From positions 2,144,001 through 2,208,000 of the forward strand of contig OY764159.1 in the NCBI GenBank assembly GCA_963668175.1: 64,000 bases of DNA, written 5' to 3'. Position 1 is the first letter of the stretch. The number at the start of each line of letters is the position of its first letter. Shown piece by piece: positions 51,813-62,068 of the stretch. The translations under genes and the position numbers were made by a program. Source of the DNA: Syntrophales bacterium. GTDB lineage: Bacteria; Desulfobacterota; Syntrophia; Syntrophales; PHBD01. The notes under the pieces are model-generated. The model did no database searches. It saw only the letters and a list, made by a program, of their open reading frames with translations, and was not told where the DNA came from.

Positions 51813-52820
51813 TTATGGACCGGCCCTGTAAGCCACGGGCGGACCGATTTTTACCATTTCTTCTTTGGCAAGGCGTATGGCCTCGTCTATCTGCATCTGC
51901 GTCATGGACTTCGAGTTTATCTTCATGCCTTCCTGCGCATTCTTGTCTCCTGATTGCGCGGCGATATAGAACCACTTATATCCCTGCACATCGTCCTGCT
52001 TGACGCCTGCGCCTTTGGCATAGCATATCCCCAGCATGACCTGCGCGTTCGTAACGCCTTTCAGCGCCGCCTTACGATACCACTCGGCCGCTTTTTTCTC
52101 ATCGCGCTCGACGCCTTGGCCGTCGTAATATTTTCCGGCGAGGTTAAACATCGCTATGGCATCGCCTTGATCTGCCGCCTTTCGATACCACCCGACGGCC
52201 TGGTCGTGATCCTCCGGCACGCCGCGGCCTTTAGAGTACATCATGCCAAGGTTGTTCTGGGCGCCTGCATGGCCTTGATTCGCCGCCTTCCGATACCATT
52301 TCACCGCCTCCAGGTCATCCCGTGGGACGCCTAGGCCTTCAGCAAAACATATCCCGAGATTATACTGGGCATCGGCAAAGTTCTGCTCTGCCGCCTTTCT
52401 GAACCACGCCACACCCTCTTTGGGATCGGCCGGCACACCTCGACCCTTGACATAGGACACGCCAAGGTCGTACTGGGCCTTGGCATTGCCCTGCTCCGCC
52501 GCCTTGCGGAACCACTTGATGGCCTCTTCGTAATTGACCGGTGTGCCCAGGCCCTGCGCATGCAGGGCGCCCAGAAAATGTTGTGCATCGGCATCGCCCT
52601 TCTCGGCCAGCGGCAGCAACTCCCTGCGAGCAGCATCGTAGTCTCTCTTTTCCAGCATGGACATGTAGCCGGGCTTCTGCGGCTGATCCGTTTTTGGAGC
52701 GGTGCCCTGAACCGACTGTTGGCTATCGCATGATGAACAGAACAAAATGACCAGGATCGTGAGGGCGAAGAACGGGGCGTGAGTTATTCCGCGATGTCGT
52801 GAACGTGCAGGTTTATGCAT
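51813..52820 (-). CDS. Sel1-like (TPR) repeat protein, exported
   Basis: Repeated AQYNLG..Y..G.GV..D...A..W.RKAA.QG units. Confidence 0.93.
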   Translation of the reverse strand: MHKPARSRHRGITHAPFFALTILVILFCSSCDSQQSVQGTAPKTDQPQKPGYMSMLEKRDYDAARRELLPLAEKGDADAQHFLGALHAQGLGTPVNYEEAIKWFRKAAEQGNAKAQYDLGVSYVKGRGVPADPKEGVAWFRKAAEQNFADAQYNLGICFAEGLGVPRDDLEAVKWYRKAANQGHAGAQNNLGMMYSKGRGVPEDHDQAVGWYRKAADQGDAIAMFNLAGKYYDGQGVERDEKKAAEWYRKAALKGVTNAQVMLGICYAKGAGVKQDDVQGYKWFYIAAQSGDKNAQEGMKINSKSMTQMQIDEAIRLAKEEMVKIGPPVAYRAGP

Positions 52821-52918
52821 GGTCTCGTCTCTTTCTTTGGGAAATATTCAGGGAATCCATATACAATCACGGAACGCACTGCCGGTGCGTCATCGTTTTT
52901 TCCTGCGCGTCTCCCGCC

Positions 52919-53425
52919 TCAAAGCCAGCGGCGGACGCGCGCCTTGTAGCGGAGGTATTCCTCGCCGAACCTCCGTTCCAGGTAACGTTCCTCGCCCGCG
53001 ATGACATAGAAGTTGATAATCGCGACGGCGGCGGGAAGCAGGACCAGCGCCCAGAAGATATCGAACCAGAGGGCGAACGCGGCGTGGAGAAGGGCGAGGC
53101 TCACGTACATGGGGTTGCGGGTGAAGCGGTACGGCCCGTCGGTGGCGAGGGCGGTTGTCGGCCGGATGGGAAGCGCGCTGGTGCCGCGGCGGCCGAACGC
53201 GGCAAAGCTCGATGCGGCAAGCAACGCCGCCACGCCTGCGCAGAGACCTGCCACGATCCGTGCCGCCGCCTCCGGAAGCACATGGACCGGAATCCATTTC
53301 TGCATGACGAAGCCCGCGGCGAAAACAGCCATGTAGATCAACGGCGGCGGTATCCGCGCGCGTCCGTGATAAGCGCTGTCGCCTGTGTCGGCTGAGCTAT
53401 TATTCCGTGAATCGCTGCTTTCCAT
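52919..53425 (-). CDS. Isoprenylcysteine carboxylmethyltransferase (ICMT/PEMT) family membrane protein
   Basis: GPYRFTRNPMY and EERYLERRFGEEYLRY...VRRWL. Confidence 0.92.
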   Translation of the reverse strand: MESSDSRNNSSADTGDSAYHGRARIPPPLIYMAVFAAGFVMQKWIPVHVLPEAAARIVAGLCAGVAALLAASSFAAFGRRGTSALPIRPTTALATDGPYRFTRNPMYVSLALLHAAFALWFDIFWALVLLPAAVAIINFYVIAGEERYLERRFGEEYLRYKARVRRWL

Positions 53426-53434
53426 TGACGACGC

Positions 53435-54394
53435 TCACTTCATTTTGTTCAGTTTTTTGACTTCCTTCCAATAGACGCTTTCGCTCAGTTGCTTGCGGAA
53501 TTCTTTAAGGAACTTGTCTTTCCCCTGTATAGCCGGCGGCCACGCCTCATGGAACAAATCCCGGGCCGCCCGCGCGTTGCCGCTGTAGATGAGGTCCAGC
53601 ATCGTTTCCCAGAGCAAAACGGGAGGCCCGTCTTTTTTCCACGCTTCATCGCTCCGTATCCGGGCAATCGCATCGGACAGGAAGGATGGAATGGGCGCCG
53701 GCTTCACCATCAGTTCCCGCGCGAATCCGTACTTGCCGTTCTTGTAGCGAAGATAGACTTGGGGCGCAGGCGATGCCGCGAAACTCGCGTTCCAGTAGGC
53801 AAATGCGAAATCCCAGGTGGCGAAAACCAGCCCCTTCTCTCCTTCGACTTCCCGAAAAACGGAATTCTCTCCGTGTGCGGCGTCGATGGTCGCGATCTTG
53901 CGAAACCTCTTGCCTATTTCGAAGACATGATAATAGTAGCAGCAATGCGCGCCGCCGGACCACTCGCTTATGACCAGATTCGGGACACCCCGGCCCGTTA
54001 TGTCCCTGCCCATGGCTATCAGGTCGGCGTTGATGGGCGGTTCATCGGAAGCCGCGTCCTGGTCTTCCCGCTTTTCCCGGACGCCGTCGAGGATATGGCC
54101 GACATTGAAATTGTGCCCTTTTTTTCTATAGAGGGCTTTGCCGTTACGGAGGATTTCGAAATACCCCTCGTCGGTGTCTTGGTGATAAAGAAAGATGCGG
54201 ACCGTGTAACGCCCATAAGACTCTTCATCGTGGAATCCGTATACGCTCTTTCCCGAGGCAAGCGCTTGTCCGTAGAATAGAGCCGGCATCAGGAAAAGGG
54301 CGATGCTAATCATCCATAGACGATGCGATGAAGCGGAGCGCCGGTTGCAGCAGCCTTGCAGCCGAGTTCGAGTGTATATGGAATCCCTGCGCAT
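53435..54394 (-). CDS. Hypothetical exported protein
   Basis: ATG at 54394 with a purine-rich RBS. Hydrophobic segment. DITGRGVPNLVISEWSGGAHCC motif. Confidence 0.7.
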   Translation of the reverse strand: MRRDSIYTRTRLQGCCNRRSASSHRLWMISIALFLMPALFYGQALASGKSVYGFHDEESYGRYTVRIFLYHQDTDEGYFEILRNGKALYRKKGHNFNVGHILDGVREKREDQDAASDEPPINADLIAMGRDITGRGVPNLVISEWSGGAHCCYYYHVFEIGKRFRKIATIDAAHGENSVFREVEGEKGLVFATWDFAFAYWNASFAASPAPQVYLRYKNGKYGFARELMVKPAPIPSFLSDAIARIRSDEAWKKDGPPVLLWETMLDLIYSGNARAARDLFHEAWPPAIQGKDKFLKEFRKQLSESVYWKEVKKLNKMK

Positions 54395-54419
54395 GTTTCC
54401 TCTTCCTGTTTTCACCGCC

Positions 54420-55424
54420 TCAATAGGCCGTCTTGGGTTTCGCGTCCTCCACGATGACCGTGTAATCCACGGGTACGAAGGTATAGGTGTCCTTCCCGTC
54501 GGCCCGGATGTGGCCGATGCCGGGGAAGGGCAGGTGCATGCCGGCGATGAGGGCCTTGTTCGCGGCGGCCTTTTTGAAGAGCGCAAGCCTCGCCTCGACG
54601 GCCTGCTTCGGGTTCGTGTCGAAGCTGATCGCCACCCTGGGGCGGGCGAACTGGACCGCCGTGTCGTGGACCATGTCGCCGGTGACGAGGAGCGACGCCT
54701 TGCCGTCGCCGATTTCATAGGCCGTGTGCCCCGGCGTGTGCCCCGGGATGGGGATCGACTTGATGCCGGGCACCGGCGAATCGCCGTTTCCGAAGGTCTT
54801 CCATGTGCCCGCCGCGACAAACGGAGCCGCCAGATCGCGCGCCATTTTGAAGAACTTCTTGAATTCGGCCGGCGCCTTCTCCTCCGAGGCGGGGTCGATC
54901 CAGAAGTCGCTTTCCGCCTTGGCGACATAGACGACCGCGTTCGGGAAGGCAGGCTTCCCTGCCGCATCGAGGAGCCCGCCCACATGGTCGCCGTGCAGGT
55001 GGGTGATGACGACGGCATCGACCTGGGCCGGGTCGTAGCCCGCCGCCCTGAGGTTGCCCATCGCCCTTCCCATCGTCGGGCCGAAGACGCCGCCCGCGCC
55101 CGTATCGACCAGCACCAGCTTCGAGCCGGTATTGACGAGGTACGTGTTCACGGAGGTCTGCGCCCCGGGGGCGATGAACATGCGGTTGTGGAGCTTTTGG
55201 ATTTCCTGTTCCGTTGCGTTTTTCATGAGCTTATCGTTCAGCGCGACGTAGCCGTCGTAAAGGGCCGTCACCTCGAACGATCCCACCATGAGGCGGTAGA
55301 AGCCCGGCGCCTGCGTCTTGACCATGGGGGCTTCGGCCCCGGCGAATGAAGATAGACAGAAGATCAACAGGCCGGCCCATACGATGCCCGACCGCTTCCG
55401 TGTGACGGATGATATGCTTTTCAT
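54420..55424 (-). CDS. MBL-fold metallo-hydrolase (MPH/lactonase-like), exported
   Basis: THLHGDH, GHTPGH, GDMVH and GMHLPFPG motifs. Signal peptide. Confidence 0.92.
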   Translation of the reverse strand: MKSISSVTRKRSGIVWAGLLIFCLSSFAGAEAPMVKTQAPGFYRLMVGSFEVTALYDGYVALNDKLMKNATEQEIQKLHNRMFIAPGAQTSVNTYLVNTGSKLVLVDTGAGGVFGPTMGRAMGNLRAAGYDPAQVDAVVITHLHGDHVGGLLDAAGKPAFPNAVVYVAKAESDFWIDPASEEKAPAEFKKFFKMARDLAAPFVAAGTWKTFGNGDSPVPGIKSIPIPGHTPGHTAYEIGDGKASLLVTGDMVHDTAVQFARPRVAISFDTNPKQAVEARLALFKKAAANKALIAGMHLPFPGIGHIRADGKDTYTFVPVDYTVIVEDAKPKTAY

Positions 55425-55629
55425 CCCATACCTCCTGTTGGATTGGTTATATTTTGCTTATGCTTCGCGAACTATAGGGAAGACGGGGCGGCGTGTCAAC
55501 CGGAATTCTGGACGTGGACGGACGGCGATCCGGAAGCGAAAAATAAGGCTTGGGCGCGCGGACGGCAAATGTGGTATGGAAATCCGCCGCCCAGGCGGCG
55601 ATCAATCCGAGACGAAAGACGGAGGGCTT

Positions 55630-56370
55630 ATGAACGGACTCGTATTGCGGAAAGACGACAACGGCTTGTGCACCCTGACCCTGAACCGCCCCGACAAGAT
55701 GAACGCGCTGAACATCGAACTGTTCCGGGAATTGCGCGGCCATGTCGACGACCTGGCCCGGCAGAACGACGTTATCGGCTGCGTCGTCCTGCGGGGGAGC
55801 GGCCCGTGTTTCTCGGCGGGGAACGACCTCAACATCGTGGGCCCCTACGCGGACCCCCTGATGAAGCGCTTCCGGGCGGAGACGGTCACCGCCCTGGCGA
55901 ACCTGCCCCAGCCGGTCATTGCGGCGGTCCACAGCCATTGCTACACGGGCGCCCTGGAACTGGCCCTGGCGGCGGACCTCATCGTCGCGGCCCGGTCGGC
56001 CAGGTTCGGCGACACCCACGCCAAATGGGCCGTGACGCCTTACTGGGGGATGAGCCAGCGCCTGCCGCGGCGCATCGGCGTGTCCAAGGCGAAGGAGATG
56101 ACGTTCACGGCGAAGACGTATTCGGGGGAGGAAGCGGCGGCCATGGGCCTCGCCGATATGTGCTTCCCGGACGAGAGCTTCGACGCGGAGATCGCGTCCC
56201 TGGCCCGGACGATCCTCGCCAATTCGTGGTTCACCCACCGGGCCTTCAAAAGGCTCTTCGAATATACCGACGGCATGTCCCTGAACGACGGCCTGCGCTA
56301 CGAATTCGACAATAACGAGGGCCCGGGGCCCGACGCGGCGGAACGGCTCGACGCCTTCCTGAAGAAATAG
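55630..56370 (+). CDS. Enoyl-CoA hydratase/isomerase family protein
   Basis: LNRPDKMNAL, FSAGNDL and PVIAAV...GALELALAAD motifs. Confidence 0.92.
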   Translation: MNGLVLRKDDNGLCTLTLNRPDKMNALNIELFRELRGHVDDLARQNDVIGCVVLRGSGPCFSAGNDLNIVGPYADPLMKRFRAETVTALANLPQPVIAAVHSHCYTGALELALAADLIVAARSARFGDTHAKWAVTPYWGMSQRLPRRIGVSKAKEMTFTAKTYSGEEAAAMGLADMCFPDESFDAEIASLARTILANSWFTHRAFKRLFEYTDGMSLNDGLRYEFDNNEGPGPDAAERLDAFLKK

Positions 56371-56445
56371 GCGGAGAAGTGCGGCGCCGCTTGACGGGCA
56401 GGCGATGCATTTAACATTATCGCCGACCGGCCGCCGAAGAGGGGC

Positions 56446-56775
56446 TCAGCCCCCTTCCCAGCCTTTGAAGCCCTTCAGCGTCGCCGTGAGCCGGGGATAA
56501 TGGTAGACTTCGTAGACCGTCTCCGTTCCCAGGATCTGGTCGATCCTCTTCTGGATCTCCGCCCGTTCCGGCGATTTCAGCCACTGCTCCCAGGACTCCA
56601 GGCTGTCCCACGAACTGACGACCAGGTATTCCGGAACGTCCGCCCTCCTCAGGGTTTCGCTGGACACGTATCCGGGGCAGGAAGCCACCCTGGAGCGGAG
56701 CTGGTTGATGAGCCCCAGTAAATCCTGTTCCTTTTCCTCCTCCACCTTCCGCCTGATAAGGACTTTCACCGACAT
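56446..56775 (-). CDS. Antibiotic biosynthesis monooxygenase (ABM) family protein
   Basis: PGYVSSETL...YLVVSSWDSLESWEQW. GGAGG RBS. Confidence 0.85.
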   Translation of the reverse strand: MSVKVLIRRKVEEEKEQDLLGLINQLRSRVASCPGYVSSETLRRADVPEYLVVSSWDSLESWEQWLKSPERAEIQKRIDQILGTETVYEVYHYPRLTATLKGFKGWEGG

Positions 56776-57039
56776 GTCGCACCTCCCTGACGGTCTGGGT
56801 CGCAAGCGGCGCCTGCGCGGCCGGATACGGGCGGGTTTCGGGTCGACCTGCGCGGAGGTCCCGCCCGCCGCCTTCCGGCGATGCGCGATTGCCCCTGGTT
56901 CATGGTTGGTTGCCCGGTTGCCGGTCCGGCCTCCGCCTCGTTTTCGTTGCGAAGCGGTGCGGCCCCTGCACGGAAAGCCTGACTGCCTTTTATGATGCTG
57001 GATACGCGTTGACCCTGTTCACGGCGGCTTGCGGCCGCT

Positions 57040-57202
57040 CGACTATCGCGGCTGGTCCCGGTCTGGAAGGTTGGTTGATGCGGTTTGACTTGACGGCCCT
57101 CGCCTTCGGGCAGGCGGGCTTGCTTTTGCCGTGTCCGGAGATGCGCTCCGCGGCGGCAAACATGCGTCTGCATGCTTCGCATCGATATTCATGCGTTGCC
57201 AT
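57040..57202 (-). pseudogene. Frameshifted FmdB-type zinc-ribbon protein (3' end approximate)
   Basis: MATHEYRCEAC...CPK, with the expected EGRQVK...TFQTGTSR continuation in another frame. Confidence 0.6.
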
Positions 57203-57354
57203 GGGGTCCCTCCTTTTCTGCAAAACGGCGGTTTCCCGCGGGACGGAACGGCGTGTTGACCATGAATACGCGGCGATCACGCTTTACGGCTTTATTATAA
57301 GGCAGGCGGGCGCGGCTGTCAATGCGGCGGGAAGAACACTGTCAATTCGTCATA

Positions 57355-57906
57355 TCAATACCCGTAATTCTTGATCATCAGGATCTCCGACTGCTTTTCA
57401 CAATCGTATATGACCAGGATGTAGTGCATTTTTGTAGCCATCATTCTTTGCATTACGACGTTCAAGCATTGAGGGTGGTCCATGAGGGACGATTTATACA
57501 TGAGCGTCTTTCCATTATCCAGAAGCCACAGATTGCCGTACTCCCGGAATTCTTTTCGGCGCTTGTTTCCGTATGGCTGCAAATCGTTCTCGGATAAAAT
57601 CCGGCGACACTCGCTCGATACTTCCGGGCTCGTATAGCCCGGTTTCGGCGTCATCCGAAGATAATTAGAGCTGCGGGTGTGTGCTTTTATAAAGACGAGG
57701 AAGAGATAGGACAGAATAAGGAAAGCCGGAACAAGAAGCGCTATAAAGACCTTAATGGTCCTTCTTATTCCCGGACGTTTGTTCTCCGGGGCATCTTGGA
57801 TTCGATCCATCGCAATTGTCCGTGCCTCTTGAGGTGCAGTACTTATCCCTGTGTACCCGACAAAACGCATCACAATATTATGAACAAGTATCATAATTGT
57901 ACGCAT
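57355..57906 (-). CDS. Hypothetical single-TM protein (start uncertain)
   Basis: TM VFIALLVPAFLILSYLFLVFI. Lower GC than the backbone. Confidence 0.6.
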   Translation of the reverse strand: MRTIMILVHNIVMRFVGYTGISTAPQEARTIAMDRIQDAPENKRPGIRRTIKVFIALLVPAFLILSYLFLVFIKAHTRSSNYLRMTPKPGYTSPEVSSECRRILSENDLQPYGNKRRKEFREYGNLWLLDNGKTLMYKSSLMDHPQCLNVVMQRMMATKMHYILVIYDCEKQSEILMIKNYGY

Positions 57907-58113
57907 AAATCAATGTCAGTTTCTATATGATATCCTGCCTTTGAATGAGGACGGTGGCGCGTCGGATTTGGACGGGGGATCCATTGGCCGGTGAGGATAA
58001 CATTGCGGAGTATGCAAAACACACGGGGGATGCTGGAGGCAACGCAACCATCGCGATGCGCCAAGACGGGCTTGCGGGCGTGGCGCGGATGTTGAGGGCG
58101 TCGCGTGCCGCCG

Positions 58114-58437
58114 TCAGCGGGTTTTCTTCTTGTAAGCGATACCCCAGGAGGCCAGGGCGTCGAGGACCGGCTTCAGGCTGTAGCCCGTTTCGGTCAGGGT
58201 GTACTCCACCCGCGGCGGCACCTCGGCGTAGACGGTGCGCGTCAGAAGCCCGCAGGCCTCCATGGTGCGGAGCTGGGCGGTCAGGACCTTCTGCGAAACG
58301 CTGCCGACGGACTTTCTCAGTTCGCCGAAACGCTTCGTGCCCTCCATCAGATCCCTTAAAACCAGGACCTTCCACTTGTCGCCGATGAGCATCAGGGTCG
58401 TCTCGACGGGGCAGGCGGGCCATCTTTTTTCTTCCAT
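58114..58437 (-). CDS. HxlR-family transcriptional regulator
   Basis: CPVETTL..IGDKWK...SQKVLT.QLR...YAEVPPRVEYTLT. Confidence 0.93.
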   Translation of the reverse strand: MEEKRWPACPVETTLMLIGDKWKVLVLRDLMEGTKRFGELRKSVGSVSQKVLTAQLRTMEACGLLTRTVYAEVPPRVEYTLTETGYSLKPVLDALASWGIAYKKKTR

Positions 58438-58468
58438 AGCGAACCTCCAACATGTCAATACCGCTTAA

Positions 58469-58510
58469 TAGTATCTGAAAGGATACTACAGCACAAACTT
58501 GTGCCTACTT
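58469..58510. promoter_or_regulatory. Candidate HxlR operator palindromes
   Basis: TAGTATC-N6-GATACTA and GCAC-N6-GTGC between the divergent regulator and its neighbour. Confidence 0.55.
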
Positions 58511-58591
58511 TACAAAAACTCTGTACAGACATATCGTACCTTCAACGGCCGGCATTTGCAAGCCGAAACATCAGCCAAGGAGGCAACCACT

Positions 58592-58993
58592 ATGAAAGAA
58601 GTCGTAAAATTTTTGAAAGAGAACCCCGTCCAGTACCTCGCGACCGTCGGCCGCGACGGCCGCGCGAAGTGCCGCCCCTTCATGTTCTGCTTCGAGCGGG
58701 AGGGCAGGCTCTGGTTCTGCACCGGCACGATGAAGGACGTCTACCGGGACATGCAGGCGAACCCCCATGTCGAGGTCTGCGTCGCAAGCCCGGCCTACGC
58801 CTGGATGCGCCTGAGCGGGAAGGCCGTGTTCGAGGACAACCGGGCCGTGAAGGAGGCGTGTATGGAGAACCCCATCGTGAAGGGCGTGTACGGCGACGCG
58901 GGGAATCCCGTCTTTGCCGTATTCTTCCTGGCCGATGCAAAGGCCGTCATCGCCGACTTCTCCGGCAAACCGCCGGCGGAGTATGCCTTGTGA
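58592..58993 (+). CDS. Pyridoxamine 5'-phosphate oxidase-like FMN-binding protein
   Basis: YLATV...KCRPF...WFCT...KDVYRDMQANPHVEVC. AAGGAGG RBS. Confidence 0.9.
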   Translation: MKEVVKFLKENPVQYLATVGRDGRAKCRPFMFCFEREGRLWFCTGTMKDVYRDMQANPHVEVCVASPAYAWMRLSGKAVFEDNRAVKEACMENPIVKGVYGDAGNPVFAVFFLADAKAVIADFSGKPPAEYAL

Positions 58994-59113
58994 ACCTGCC
59001 GGCGGCCGCAAAAAGAAAGTCCCGGAACGCGATCCGTTCCGGGGCCGGTCCGGTTTCTCTCTCTTTCCGCGCGCCGCGCCGTATGCGGTTTTTACGGCAT
59101 TCCCCGCGGAAAT

Positions 59114-59500
59114 TCACCTCTCTTTGCGGGGGTAAAACAGCCGGGGCGCAAGGAGAATCCAGAGGAGGAAGATGACCCAGACGCGGCCCGCAGAGAGATC
59201 GTAGTCGCGGAGAACGGCGGCGAGGGGCTTGCCGGCCAGGACAAGGCCCATGAAGAATTCGAACGCCACGGTGAGCAAAAGCCAGACGGCCCCGATCATA
59301 AGTGCATAGCGCCGCGACAGCGGCGGCCACCGGCGGACGACGAAACGGATGAAAAGGCCCATGAGCGCCGATCCGATGAGTGTCGAGAGCTGGTGGGCGC
59401 GAAGCTCGGGCATGGCCTTGGCAAAGGTGAATTGGCGCAACGCGCCGTTCGCAATCGCGATGGCCAGCATGGCGAACCAGGCCAGGATATAGCGAAGCAC
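59114..59500 (-). CDS. Hypothetical 4-TM membrane protein
   Basis: IANGALR and LTVAFEF motifs. Four hydrophobic segments. Confidence 0.8.
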   Translation of the reverse strand: MLRYILAWFAMLAIAIANGALRQFTFAKAMPELRAHQLSTLIGSALMGLFIRFVVRRWPPLSRRYALMIGAVWLLLTVAFEFFMGLVLAGKPLAAVLRDYDLSAGRVWVIFLLWILLAPRLFYPRKER

Positions 59501-59551
59501 GGGGAATCTCCTTAAGGAGCGTGTTTCGTCGATGCGTGCGACGTTCCGTCT

Positions 59552-60445
59552 CTATTCCGGAAGGGACGCGGCCTTGCGGCTTTTCCCCGGCGGGGCGGGA
59601 ATCTTCGCTTCGCAGGGGACGCCCGCCTGACAGAAGCCGCAGCCGTAGCCGTCGAAGCCGTAATGGACCGCCGTATATTCGGCGGTCTTCACGAGGTAGT
59701 CCATGCATTTCTTCTTGTCGTGGCCTTCCGGGCCGATCGCCCCGGCGGGGCAGCGCTTGATGCACTTTCCGCAGCGGCCCTTCCCCGAGAAGAAGAGGCA
59801 GTAGGCGCGATGGTCCGTGTAGGGGCGCGGCGTCGGCGGGACGTCGATGCGGGCGATGACCGACCCGCAGCGGTGGGAGATGCCCCGGGCCGTGATGAGG
59901 GCGTCGTTCAGGGAGAAGGTGCCGAGGCCCGCCGCGTAGGCGGCGTGACGCTCCGACCAGACGGAGGCGTAAGGGTACCGCGTCAGGATGTCCGTGTATT
60001 TCATGTGCCAGTGGGGCGAAAGGAGCGGGGCCATGGCCTCGAAGCCCGCGGCCGCCAGCGTCTCCACGACGTGCCGGCGGAGCTTCGCGTTCACCTGCTC
60101 GCCGAAGATGCGAGCCCGGACCCAGCTCTCCGGGGGATCGGCCTTCGCCTTCCGGATTGCGGAGCGGGTCTTTTCCGTGTGGGGCAGGACCCAGCTTACG
60201 ACCGTCAGCTCCTTGGCTTCCGCCTGCGAGCGGGGGAAGGCCAGGCCGAACCACTCCCGGGGCGTCCAGTGGAACGGGCCGACGACGTCCTTGTACGTCG
60301 CATAGAGGGGATCGTCTCCCCGGGAGAACCCCACGAGCGGGTCGTCCCAGGCCCGGTCGTTCTCCCTGTTTTGAAGGGTGTTCTCCGGAGAACTGCCGAT
60401 GAAATCCCGGATCGTCCCCTCCAGCCATGCCGCGCGGTCGTCCAT
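59552..60445 (-). CDS. Epoxyqueuosine reductase-like (QueG-like) 4Fe-4S protein
   Basis: WSERHAAYAAGLGTF, CGKCIKRCPAGAI and CGFCQAGVPC motifs. Confidence 0.85.
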   Translation of the reverse strand: MDDRAAWLEGTIRDFIGSSPENTLQNRENDRAWDDPLVGFSRGDDPLYATYKDVVGPFHWTPREWFGLAFPRSQAEAKELTVVSWVLPHTEKTRSAIRKAKADPPESWVRARIFGEQVNAKLRRHVVETLAAAGFEAMAPLLSPHWHMKYTDILTRYPYASVWSERHAAYAAGLGTFSLNDALITARGISHRCGSVIARIDVPPTPRPYTDHRAYCLFFSGKGRCGKCIKRCPAGAIGPEGHDKKKCMDYLVKTAEYTAVHYGFDGYGCGFCQAGVPCEAKIPAPPGKSRKAASLPE

Positions 60446-60627
60446 GTGCGTCTGTTCCCTTCCCGTCGATGGGGGCATCATACGCCTTTTGACTTTCCGT
60501 TTCAACCGGGGCGTGTCTGTCAGCCGCAGGACGGGGCAGCGCTGCGTTTTCGGGGGGGTATCCCGGAAAAAGACGGCGGCCGCGAAATCGGCGGTCCTTG
60601 CGCGGGACGGCGGCGGGGAAGGAATGC

Positions 60628-61674
60628 TCAGCGGGCCTTGAAGAGCATGACCAGTTTTTCGAAGAGCTCTTTCTGGAGGCTGTGGGGGACCAACTGGTCC
60701 CGCATGGCCTTCAGGGCTTCGAAGGAGGGCATGGCTTTCTTGTAGGGGCGCTTGGCCGTCATGGCGTCGAAGATATCGGCGATGGCGCAGATCCGGCCGT
60801 AGATGTGGATGTCGTCCCCTTCCAGGCCGTAGGGATACCCGCCGCCGGCGATCTTTTCGTGGTGCTGCAGGACGATCAGCTTGAGCTCGTCGGTCGTCTG
60901 CCGGGCGTCTTCGAGGAGGCTGAAGCCCATGGAGGGATGCTGCTTCATGACCGCCATCTCCTCGTCGGTCAGTTTGCCCGGCTTGTTGATGATGTCCAGG
61001 TCGACGTGGACCTTGCCTAGGTCGTGGAGGAAGTACCCCGCGCCCAGGGCGTGGAGGTCGTGGGCGTCCGATTGGCCGAAGACGCTTTTGGAGAGCGCGA
61101 CGGCAAGGATGCCCACGGACACCGAGTGGATGTAGGTGGTATAGTCGTGGCTCGAAATATTGATCAGGTGGAAGGTCGTGGCGTCGTCCCGGAGGATCAT
61201 GTCCACCAGGTCGGTCGTCGCCTTCTTGACGGTCTGGATGTTGGTGGCGGTGGGCTGCTCCAGGAGCCGCTGCATCATGGTGACGGAATATTCCCGGACG
61301 AGGGTGGCCTTCTTCTCCGGCTCCAGGCGCCGGTCGTGGATGACCTCCGGGAGTTCGTCGGGGACGACGGGTGCGGGTGCGGGCTTGGGCGCCTCCACGG
61401 CCGCCTCCACGGCCGCCCGGACGGCTTCCTTCGGTTCTTCCCGCAGTTCCACCCGGAGGGCGGGCTTGGGCTGCGGGGACGGTTCGGATTCGAAGATACT
61501 CCGGTCGGGATCGATCTGGACGGTCCTCAGCCCCAGGCTCCTGAGCCTTTCGATGTCAGCCTCGGACGCAATGATAAAGCGGTTCTTGAGGAAGGGATGC
61601 CGGAGCCACCCCAGGTCGAGCATGACGTACATCCCGACTTTCAATTTACTCAAAGGAACGCTTTTCGTCGTCAT
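60628..61674 (-). CDS. HD-GYP phosphodiesterase with DUF3391-like N-terminus
   Basis: LKVGMYV...WLRHPF, HDLGK and HHEK...GYPYG motifs. Confidence 0.92.
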   Translation of the reverse strand: MTTKSVPLSKLKVGMYVMLDLGWLRHPFLKNRFIIASEADIERLRSLGLRTVQIDPDRSIFESEPSPQPKPALRVELREEPKEAVRAAVEAAVEAPKPAPAPVVPDELPEVIHDRRLEPEKKATLVREYSVTMMQRLLEQPTATNIQTVKKATTDLVDMILRDDATTFHLINISSHDYTTYIHSVSVGILAVALSKSVFGQSDAHDLHALGAGYFLHDLGKVHVDLDIINKPGKLTDEEMAVMKQHPSMGFSLLEDARQTTDELKLIVLQHHEKIAGGGYPYGLEGDDIHIYGRICAIADIFDAMTAKRPYKKAMPSFEALKAMRDQLVPHSLQKELFEKLVMLFKAR

Positions 61675-62068
61675 CGGGAGGCACCGTACTCATTATGGCG
61701 GCCGCGCCCGGGATCTGCTCCGGGATATGCCGCCGGGGCCGGGGATGTTCCGCTTCCCCGGCGCGTTGCGCCCATTGGCGCGGACCCGATGCCGTCAAGA
61801 AGGACGCCGTTATGTCCGTGAAAGCCCCGCCGACGCGTCGAACGGCGTCTATATGCTCCAACCCCCGGTGTCGATCCAAACATGCCTTATTTTAAGGTCG
61901 CCCGCTGCCGTTGTCAATCGGTAACTCGTGAAGCCGCACCGGATGCCGCTTCAGGGGCGCGTAACGGCGGCGGAGGACCGGCCGGTAAACGAAAATGAGG
62001 CTCCCCGGAGCCCGTCGTTTCCGATCGTAATATCGAATAAGGTTTTTCCGCTTCCAGCAGCGCCGGTT

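Noticed and set aside
53435..55018. 527-aa ORF as listed in the track
   Set aside because: The 5' part overlaps the MBL hydrolase gene out of frame. The credible gene starts at 54394.
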